From Methanobacteriota archaeon (GTDB lineage: Archaea; Thermoplasmatota; Thermoplasmata; RBG-16-68-12), in assembly GCA_005878635.1 (NCBI GenBank), contig VBLS01000110.1, positions 506-64,505 on the forward strand: a stretch of 64,000 nt of DNA, in the 5' to 3' direction. This document shows, in pieces, positions 57,053-64,000 of this stretch. A program made the position numbers and the translations under genes. How positions within the stretch are numbered: position 1 is the stretch's first letter; the number at the start of each line of letters is the position of its first letter. Under the pieces are notes generated by a model. It saw only the letters and a list, made by a program, of their open reading frames with translations, was not told where the DNA came from and did no database searches.

Positions 57053-58165
57053 TCAGGTCTTGGGCCGGACGCACTCCGCGTACAGGCGCTCGTAGGACGA
57101 TGCGATCGCGTCCCAAGTGTATTGCGTTCGGACGAGGTCGCAGCCCGCCGCGCCGAGGGTTTGGCGCCGGATCGGATCGCGAAGGAGGGAGATCATCGAA
57201 TCGGCAAGGGGTTCCACCTGGCCCGCCGGCACGAGGATTGCGTTTCCCTCGTTGCACAGGTCCGGGATGCCGCCGACCTTCGAGGCGATGACGGGCAATC
57301 CCGCGGCCCAGGCCTCCAAGAGGGCGAGGGGGAATCCCTCGAATCGGGACGGCAGGACGAAGACGGTCGCCCGTCCATAGGCTTCGATGAGGTCCGGGCG
57401 TGATAAGGATCCGAGGAACCGGACGGTGTCGGCCAATCCCAGGCTGTGCGCCCGTCGCTCCAGAGCCTGCCTCTCGGGTCCGTCTCCGGCCAGCTCCAAG
57501 ACAAACGGTTCGGGTAGGCGCGACCTCACCAGGGCCGTCGCTTCCAGAAGGACGTCAATTCCTTTCTGGTACACGTGCCTCCCGACGAAGAGGAATCGGA
57601 CTGGATTCTGTGCGAGGCCCGGCGTATGGAACTCCGAGGCATCCACTCCATTGGGCACGAGAGAGGCCCGCGGTATTCCGGCGCGCCGGATCGCTTGAAC
57701 CGATGCGCTGTCCACGGAGCTGATCGCGTCGTACCCCTGATGGAGCAACGAGCGTTCCACCCAGCCGAGGAGAGACCCCCGGGGGCGGTACGGAAACCAG
57801 ACACCGTGGCACGTGAGGAGGATCGGAATCCGCTCTCTCTTGGCCGTGCGGACGACCGCCGAACCGACGTCGACCGCGTGCGCGTGGACGAGTTCGATCC
57901 CGAGGGCCGCGAGGTGTTCTCGGGACCACACCCGTATCGCGCGCATCCCTCGCAAGCGTCGCGCTCCGATTCGATCCAACCCATCCAGGGTCTGCATGGG
58001 TCCCACGGGATGGACATGGTCCGTCTCCTGGATTCCTTCGGCGCGGTACGTGAGGACATGGACATCGTGGCCGTTCCGCGATTGGACTTGAGCTAGGGAC
58101 GAAACGGCCGTCGCGTCGCCGCCGACGACGGGTGGGAACTTCTTCGTCACATGGAGGATTCGCAC
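57053..58165 (-). CDS. Family 4 (GT-B, retaining) glycosyltransferase
   Basis: HVTKKFPPVVGG at the N-terminus and the E-x7-E motif (PSRFEGFPLALLEAWAAGLPV). Confidence 0.8.
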   Translation of the reverse strand: MRILHVTKKFPPVVGGDATAVSSLAQVQSRNGHDVHVLTYRAEGIQETDHVHPVGPMQTLDGLDRIGARRLRGMRAIRVWSREHLAALGIELVHAHAVDVGSAVVRTAKRERIPILLTCHGVWFPYRPRGSLLGWVERSLLHQGYDAISSVDSASVQAIRRAGIPRASLVPNGVDASEFHTPGLAQNPVRFLFVGRHVYQKGIDVLLEATALVRSRLPEPFVLELAGDGPERQALERRAHSLGLADTVRFLGSLSRPDLIEAYGRATVFVLPSRFEGFPLALLEAWAAGLPVIASKVGGIPDLCNEGNAILVPAGQVEPLADSMISLLRDPIRRQTLGAAGCDLVRTQYTWDAIASSYERLYAECVRPKT

Positions 58166-58299
58166 GTCGGCCGCGGATTCCCACGAACCGGCATAAAGCT
58201 GTCAGGGCAGAAGCCCGTGGGGTGCGACGATCGAGCCAGACCCCGCATCGAATCACCCGCCGACTCCTTGTACTCTCTCGCGATGCAGAGTCTACACCC

Positions 58300-59322
58300 A
58301 TGCCGGATAATGAAGGCGTCCGGGTCCGAGAGGCGCTGCGTTGCCCGTTGTGCGGCAACCTTGGCGCGATCCTCTACTCCGGCCTGCGGGACCGCTACTG
58401 GGATGCACCAGGAAGTTGGAGCCTGCGACGATGCGGCACATGCGGCCACCTGTGGTTGGACCCGCAACCGGAGCCCGGAGAAATCGGGAAGCTGTACACG
58501 TCGTACTTCAGCCACGGCGAGACCCCGCGTCTCCCGTTCGTCGGCGACGGATTCTGGGAGAAGGCCAGCCGAGGGGTCCTCGAGGCCCTCGGATATCGAG
58601 GGATTGCAAAGGGCCCGAGGGAACGCTGGATCGGAGGGCTGCTCCGCCTCATGCCCCCCGTGTGGGACGAGTGCGCCCAAGTCGTCCGCTCCGTCCGTGG
58701 CCCGGTCCGAGGCGAACTCTTCGATGTCGGCTGCGGGAACGGGTCCTATCTCGAAGTCATGCGCGCCCTTGGCTGGAGGGTGCGGGGCCTGGAGCCCGAC
58801 CCCGTGGCTGCTCGGATTGCCCGGGGCCGCGGTTTCGATGTGATCGAGCGGTCGATCGAGGAGGCCGATATTCCGCAGGAATCACTCCAAGTCGTCACGA
58901 TGGACCACGTGATCGAACATGTGATCGATCCCGTCCAGGCCCTTGCGACGGCTCACGGTTGGCTCAAGGAAGGCGGACAGATGACCATCACGACGCCGAA
59001 CGCCGAGAGCCGAGGCCATCGAAAATTCAGGGACGCGTGGTTCCATCTCGATCCTCCGCGGCATCTGCACCTTTTCTCCCTGCGCAATTTGATGGCTTGC
59101 GTCGAACGCGCCGGACTCCGGACGGTCGAGTGTGGCACGGTCGGGAGCGGTCATCTGGTCTACGACGGCAGCGTGTCCGTTCGGACGACGGGCCGTTTTC
59201 GTGTGGGCGACCTGACGACCGTCGCGAGCGGGCGGGACCGCGCGTTTCGGATCGGAGAGAGCTTCCTCGTGCGGGTCCGGCCCGCGGCGGGCGAGGAGAT
59301 CTTCCTCACCTGCAAACGGTAG
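58300..59322 (+). CDS. Class I SAM-dependent methyltransferase with N-terminal zinc ribbon
   Basis: CPLCG ... CGTCGH zinc ribbon, followed by SAM-binding motif I (FDVGCGNGSY) and an acidic motif II. Confidence 0.7.
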   Translation: MPDNEGVRVREALRCPLCGNLGAILYSGLRDRYWDAPGSWSLRRCGTCGHLWLDPQPEPGEIGKLYTSYFSHGETPRLPFVGDGFWEKASRGVLEALGYRGIAKGPRERWIGGLLRLMPPVWDECAQVVRSVRGPVRGELFDVGCGNGSYLEVMRALGWRVRGLEPDPVAARIARGRGFDVIERSIEEADIPQESLQVVTMDHVIEHVIDPVQALATAHGWLKEGGQMTITTPNAESRGHRKFRDAWFHLDPPRHLHLFSLRNLMACVERAGLRTVECGTVGSGHLVYDGSVSVRTTGRFRVGDLTTVASGRDRAFRIGESFLVRVRPAAGEEIFLTCKR

Positions 59323-59337
59323 CGGGCGACCGAAAGA

Positions 59338-61008
59338 CTAGCACGAAGCGTCGCAGCCGCGGGCGATCCAGTACAACCGGGCGTATCCGTTGTCGAAGAC
59401 TTTCATGAAGGGCGCATCGTCGAAGCGCGCGATCACGCCGCGATCCATGGGCTCCGCGGGCTCCCACGGGAGAAGCCGGATCCCCTGCTCCATGTCCCGA
59501 TCGATCCAGAGGTACGTCCCGTTGCGTGTGCCGGAAGGCGATGGGATCGGTTGAAGGACCGCGGACGGGTCGATGACGGTCCGGTCCCAGGTGGCGTTCA
59601 AGCCGCCGAACCCAAAGACAATCGAGGACGCGTGGTGGTCCGTGACGATCAGGCCCTCGGCATGGTCCCTCGCCCAATAGGCCGGATCAATTCCCGCCGG
59701 GATCGTGCCCTCTTTCCATCCCGCGAACGTGGACGGTGGCGGGATGCCCGCGAGGCCGTTCGCGACCAAGAGGACCGCGCAGGCGGCGAGGGCGAGATGT
59801 CGCCGAGGCCCGCGAAGGCCTCCCAGATCGAGGAGTCGGGAGAAACCCACCGCCGCGAAGATTCCGAACGGGATGAGCAGGTACTCCAGATGCCGGTAGG
59901 GAATGATCACGCGCGGGGCGACCGCGATGCCGACGAGCGCGGAGAGGAGGAGGATCGCGAGCCAGACGGTGGCATGGAAACCGTCTTTCTCGAAGTCGAG
60001 GAATCGCCTGCCGGCCGCGGAGAAGGAGAGGAGGATGACCAGCGGGACGAAGTAGGCGAGGCCTTCGGGGGGGACCCGGACGGTCGTCCCGGGGACGCTC
60101 CCCAGGATCGTCACCACTCCGATGGCGAGCAAGGTGACCGCAGCGGCGAGCCATGACGCCGCGATCGTCCGGAAGCCCGGAGCTCGAGGTCGGTACCGCC
60201 AGGCGACCCTGGGGCGGAGAGCGACGAGCGCCGCCAAGAGGAGGAGTCCGAAGGCGAAGCCAACGAACAGAAGCCACCACGGTCGGATGTCGACGTCGGT
60301 CAGGATTGACTCGCGGAACGTGGTCGCATAGCCGAACCAATACGCGAGGGTCCCGACGGTGAGGACCGACGCGAAGGCGATCTCGCGTATCGTGCCGGCG
60401 CCGGGGGACCAAGGACGCACCAAGCCTCCGATCGCGATCGCCCCGAGGACCATGACGAGGAAGAAATAGGCCGAGAGGTGATGCGTGACGATCAAAGCCC
60501 CCGAGACCAGGAGCAGCGGTGCGAGGGCTTTCGGATCCGCCCGGAGCCGGAGGAAGAGGACCAGGCCCGCGAACACGAACAGGTCCCCGAGGGTGGCGGG
60601 CGCCGCGTGGGCCGTCGTGTACGCGTGGGGGATGGCGCCCGCGAGGAACGCGGCCGCGAAGAGTCCGAAGCGCGCCTCCTTCGTGATGCGGACCGCGAGG
60701 AGGAACATGGGAACGACGGCGAAGGCTCCGAGGATGGGGATGAGGAGGTTCATGACGGTGGGGACGTCTCCGCCGGCCAGGTCCACCAGGCCTGCCTGCG
60801 GAAAGAAGACGCCGGGAAAGTAGGGGTACGTGATCCCCCATCCGTTGTATACGGTGGAAACGTGGCGGGTGCGAAGGAGGCTCTGAAGGATCGCGAAGTA
60901 TTCGCCGGTGTCGGATCCCCAGTAGAGGAACGACCAGAGCGGCGAAAGGCGAATGGCGATCGCGGCAAGCAGGATCGCCGCCAGGGCCGCTCGAACGGAC
61001 TTCCTCAT
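59338..61008 (-). CDS. Polytopic membrane protein, putative GT-C fold glycosyltransferase
   Basis: At least 12 TM helices. The first extracytoplasmic loop has an acidic motif (WGSDTGEYF), as in PMT/ArnT/AglB-type GT-C enzymes. The periplasmic C-terminal domain is about 130 aa. It sits within a glycan-assembly gene cluster. Confidence 0.5.
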   Translation of the reverse strand: MRKSVRAALAAILLAAIAIRLSPLWSFLYWGSDTGEYFAILQSLLRTRHVSTVYNGWGITYPYFPGVFFPQAGLVDLAGGDVPTVMNLLIPILGAFAVVPMFLLAVRITKEARFGLFAAAFLAGAIPHAYTTAHAAPATLGDLFVFAGLVLFLRLRADPKALAPLLLVSGALIVTHHLSAYFFLVMVLGAIAIGGLVRPWSPGAGTIREIAFASVLTVGTLAYWFGYATTFRESILTDVDIRPWWLLFVGFAFGLLLLAALVALRPRVAWRYRPRAPGFRTIAASWLAAAVTLLAIGVVTILGSVPGTTVRVPPEGLAYFVPLVILLSFSAAGRRFLDFEKDGFHATVWLAILLLSALVGIAVAPRVIIPYRHLEYLLIPFGIFAAVGFSRLLDLGGLRGPRRHLALAACAVLLVANGLAGIPPPSTFAGWKEGTIPAGIDPAYWARDHAEGLIVTDHHASSIVFGFGGLNATWDRTVIDPSAVLQPIPSPSGTRNGTYLWIDRDMEQGIRLLPWEPAEPMDRGVIARFDDAPFMKVFDNGYARLYWIARGCDASC

Positions 61009-61025
61009 CCGGCGGCGAACCGGCC

Positions 61026-61040
61026 CGCTCTGATAAAGCG
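61026..61040 (-). promoter_or_regulatory. TATA-like box (CTTTATCAG on the minus strand) about 25 nt upstream of the GT-C gene start
   Basis: CTGATAAAG lies at 61029-61037. The minus-strand ATG is at 61006-61008. It could equally serve the divergent plus-strand gene at 61068. Confidence 0.3.
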
Positions 61041-61067
61041 TTACCGCGATGCCGCTCCGAGATCCGC

Positions 61068-61442
61068 GTGCAATGGGGTCGCAAACTATTTCCCCGCGAG
61101 ATTTCTCTCCAACTTGTGGCGCGTCGTTGCCCGGAGTGCTACGCGGAACTTCCGGACAACGCGGTCTGGGTGTGCCCGACCTGTGGCTACACCCTTCGCA
61201 CCCCTGCGGCGGCGAAGGCGGGGATCGTCTTCATGCTCCTGGGCCTGGCCTTCCTCGGCGTGTTCGTGTATGGCCCCGAGAACCTGGGCCTGACCTCGGG
61301 CATCCTGCCGACGGACCTCGCGAACCTGACGATCGTGAACTTCCCCCTGCTCGTCGTGGGAATGTTCGCGTTCGGCGCATTCCTTGCCGCGGCGGCCGCG
61401 CTCAAGGTCCGGTCCGAGCAGGCCCGCCTTCAGGCCGCCTAG
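61068..61442 (+). CDS. Small zinc-ribbon membrane protein
   Basis: GTG start. CPECY ... CPTCGY zinc ribbon followed by two TM helices. Confidence 0.45.
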   Translation: MQWGRKLFPREISLQLVARRCPECYAELPDNAVWVCPTCGYTLRTPAAAKAGIVFMLLGLAFLGVFVYGPENLGLTSGILPTDLANLTIVNFPLLVVGMFAFGAFLAAAAALKVRSEQARLQAA

Positions 61443-64000
61443 AAAAAGTCGTCCAGTTTGAGTTCCTGCGCGTGGTCGTTGGTGAACAGCGAGGCGATCG
61501 CGTCCTCGATCAGGTCGATTCGCTGACGGAGGTAGTTCGACACCTCGAACTGCTGGCTGATACGCTTGGAGATCTCAAGGTATTTTTTCACGGAGCTTTC
61601 GTGGACCGTCAACGTGAGGTTCCCGCCGCATTCGACGCACCGGGCGCGGAGCGGAATGCGCCGGTACTTCGTCCCACACTTCGTGCACCGGACCTGCTGG
61701 CTCGAGAACGCCTTCAAGTTCCCGATGAGATCCGGAAGGAAATGGTGGACCACGATCCGGGCGACGACGTCGTTCGGGTCGACCGCCCGGATTCGGAGGG
61801 CCAGTTCGAGCTGCTTGTCGATCTTCTCCGCCATCGAACCTTCTCCATAGGCCGAGGCAAGAGGGCCCTGAGCCACGCCGCGGGTCCCGTGGGTGTAGGC
61901 GAAGCCCTCGTACTGGAGGACGCTCCCGATCCGCTTCCCCACCGTGTCGATTTGGGGTTCGACTTCCTTCGGGTGGGCGAAACGCTCCGCGGCCTCGAAT
62001 AAGGATAGCGGATAGGCGCTCGAGAGATCGAGGTTGTGGGCCTCCTTGTCGATTTCGTTCGGGTCGATCCGCGTCGTCAGGACGAGCGGGGCGTCCATGA
62101 GGCCTCCGCGCTTGTCGGGCAGGAACGATCGCGAGAAGTTGATCAGGCTGTCGAGCAACAGGATGACGGAATCCTCGTCGCCGTCGCAGTTCCGACGTCG
62201 GGCGGCGATGAGATAGGGATGGGCGAAGCAGGCATTCGCATCCGTGAATCCGACGATTCGGGCGAGCACGCCGCCGCTCGTGTGCGGCGCGAGCGTCACG
62301 ACGAGATGGCCCAGGAGGTCCTGGGGCGTCTTTGCGTCGTAGAAGCGCGCGAGGCCGTACAGTCGCTCGAGCAAATCGTCGACGAAGGCGGCCACGCGGA
62401 CCAGGTATTCCCCTCCGGACCGGGCGAGGAGGATGTCCTGAGGCCGTAGCTCGAGGACCTGGTCCTCCCTCTCCAGGGGACGGCCGTTGCCATCCTGCGA
62501 GTACCCGAGTCGGCGCGCCTCGTCGACCGAGATCCCCGCCTCCTTCGGTGTGAAGTGCGTGAGCGGCAGGTTCGTCATGTCGAATCGAGTCGTGCCGTCC
62601 TTGAACACGTAGATCTCGTGTTTCGCGCGGAGGATCCCCTTCTCGATCGGCTCCGGGGTTTTGTTCTTCGAGATCATCCCTTGGACCGCCTTGATTTCGG
62701 CCGGCTTCGGTTCGCCGAGACGGTCGAGCGCGGTCCGGAGGACCTCCGCGAGGGGAACGCGTTGCCGTGCGGGCCCGTTGCGCGCGACCGTGTGGCCGCC
62801 GCACGAGCACTTCGGGAGGAACCACCGCTTGCCGCAGGAGGAGCAGATGCGGAGGCCCACCTCGACGTCGATGGCGTCCTTCGCGGCCGCATCGAGCAGG
62901 AGCCGCTGCGCACCCCCCTCATGCCCGATCGGGAAGAGGGAATGGGGGGCGGGCTGCATCTTCCGCGGTGCCGCCTTTTCGGGCCGGGCCATCCGCGCGC
63001 CGATCCGAGTCGGGGCCCGGGCCCGGACGGGGAAGCCTGCCAACCGGCTCACGAAGGCGAGCGGATCGGCCTCCTCCGGATTCGGCGCGAGATGGAGGGC
63101 TCCGTCCCGCTCCGAGATCCCGAGCGTCGCGAGCAATACGTCGGTGTGGCGTTCGAGCATCAGGCGGCCCGCTCGCACGGAGTACAAGGCGCCCAGCCGG
63201 ACGAGCGGCTCCCGAAACGCCTCCTCGGCCGGGACGGAGAGGCGGCCTCCCTCGAAGCGTCCGTCGATGGCGATTCGCTCCCGGAGGCGACTCAACTCCT
63301 CTACGGTCAGGTCGTGGAAGAATAGGTTGTGTCGCGGATGGAGGGGGATACGGAGGTCGCGGGACCACGCCATCGCCTGCGCGGCCGATGCGGCCTCCCA
63401 TCCTTCTGGGAGGGAGCCGAGGGCCTCCTGGAGGAGGAGCCCATACCACTCCAGGGAGAAGCCGCCGGGCATGAGCACGTGGTTGTTCTCCAAGAATTCG
63501 CCGAACGGGATCAGGATCTCGCCGAGGTCCGCGATCACCCGGACGTGGCCGGCGAGGCGTTTCGCCGCCGCGGCATCGGGGACCTCGATGAAATCGCCCG
63601 TGTCGAGGACGACGAGGGGCCCTTCGATCGTGTCGCAGGGCGTCACCGCGCCCGCCTTCCCCGGTCGTTCCGTCTTGATCTGCGTCCCGACCGCGATGAA
63701 GTCGTCGAGGATGTGCATCGTTGCGGGATGCAGGGCGACGGCCGCGAGGCCCGTGGCCCGGGTCCGACCGTATCGGAGGCGGAGGCCGCCGGGGCGGCTG
63801 GGATGGCAGAGGACCGGTCGGCCCGCGACGATATTCTGGATGAACACCTCGCTCGGCTCGACCCCGCTGTCTTCCGTGAGCTCCTCCGGTCCCGCATTCT
63901 TCTGCTCGACGTAGGCCGCCACGAACTCCCACCCGTCGATGCGGAGCTTCCGGACATGCTTGAGGATCTTCGGCGCTTTCAAGCACATGCCGTCCGCAAT
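61439..64000 (-). CDS. DNA polymerase II (PolD) large subunit DP2, C-terminal about 850 aa (N-terminus beyond window end)
   Basis: Conserved DP2 catalytic region HPYLIAARRRNCDGDEDSVILLLDSLINFSRSFLPDKRGGLMDAPLVLT and C-terminal Zn-binding cysteines (CTKCGTKYRRIPLRARCVECGG). No intein is seen in this part. Confidence 0.85.
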   Translation of the reverse strand: MADGMCLKAPKILKHVRKLRIDGWEFVAAYVEQKNAGPEELTEDSGVEPSEVFIQNIVAGRPVLCHPSRPGGLRLRYGRTRATGLAAVALHPATMHILDDFIAVGTQIKTERPGKAGAVTPCDTIEGPLVVLDTGDFIEVPDAAAAKRLAGHVRVIADLGEILIPFGEFLENNHVLMPGGFSLEWYGLLLQEALGSLPEGWEAASAAQAMAWSRDLRIPLHPRHNLFFHDLTVEELSRLRERIAIDGRFEGGRLSVPAEEAFREPLVRLGALYSVRAGRLMLERHTDVLLATLGISERDGALHLAPNPEEADPLAFVSRLAGFPVRARAPTRIGARMARPEKAAPRKMQPAPHSLFPIGHEGGAQRLLLDAAAKDAIDVEVGLRICSSCGKRWFLPKCSCGGHTVARNGPARQRVPLAEVLRTALDRLGEPKPAEIKAVQGMISKNKTPEPIEKGILRAKHEIYVFKDGTTRFDMTNLPLTHFTPKEAGISVDEARRLGYSQDGNGRPLEREDQVLELRPQDILLARSGGEYLVRVAAFVDDLLERLYGLARFYDAKTPQDLLGHLVVTLAPHTSGGVLARIVGFTDANACFAHPYLIAARRRNCDGDEDSVILLLDSLINFSRSFLPDKRGGLMDAPLVLTTRIDPNEIDKEAHNLDLSSAYPLSLFEAAERFAHPKEVEPQIDTVGKRIGSVLQYEGFAYTHGTRGVAQGPLASAYGEGSMAEKIDKQLELALRIRAVDPNDVVARIVVHHFLPDLIGNLKAFSSQQVRCTKCGTKYRRIPLRARCVECGGNLTLTVHESSVKKYLEISKRISQQFEVSNYLRQRIDLIEDAIASLFTNDHAQELKLDDFF

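Overview
This 64 kb window is high-GC (about 64-65%) and looks like archaeal chromosome, probably from a gyrase-bearing euryarchaeal lineage such as Thermoplasmatota, though the lineage cannot be fixed from sequence alone. The evidence for archaeal origin is the conserved ftsZ-secE-spt5-rpl11 ... rpl1-rpl10-rpl12 neighbourhood, a PolD DP2 large subunit, pantoate kinase and CoaBC for archaeal CoA synthesis, TrmB-family regulators, and TATA-like boxes about 25 nt upstream of start codons, which is consistent with leaderless transcripts. Housekeeping content includes gyrB-gyrA, cysS, folC, nth, tmk, rnhA, two ftsZ paralogs and two tRNAs (tRNA-Cys GCA and tRNA-Thr UGU). Several accessory loci stand out:
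1. A translationally coupled operon at 5121..12541 encodes two paralogous GT-B glycosyltransferases, two paralogous APH/ePK-fold kinases and an MsbA-like ABC exporter with an N-terminal extension. It is followed at 12740..14392 by a membrane-anchored extracellular purple-acid-phosphatase-like enzyme. This is the best candidate for an undescribed modification and export system, for either a small molecule or a glycolipid.
2. A cysteine module on the minus strand (26195..31211) groups cysS, cystathionine gamma-lyase/synthase, cystathionine beta-synthase and tRNA-Cys.
3. A 5.3 kb, five-gene insertion (39757..45049) splits the conserved rpl11 | rpl1-rpl10-rpl12 cluster.
4. Spt5 carries an unusual N-terminal extension of about 150 aa.
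5. A membrane-anchored protein (48563..50044) has four zinc-ribbon repeats and a SAP-like motif.
6. A glycan-assembly cluster (54032..61442) contains gmd, two GT2, one GT4, a zinc-ribbon SAM methyltransferase and a GT-C-like membrane protein.
No CRISPR array, rRNA, intein or obvious mobile element was seen. Many long antisense ORFs in the six-frame track are high-GC artefacts and were rejected.
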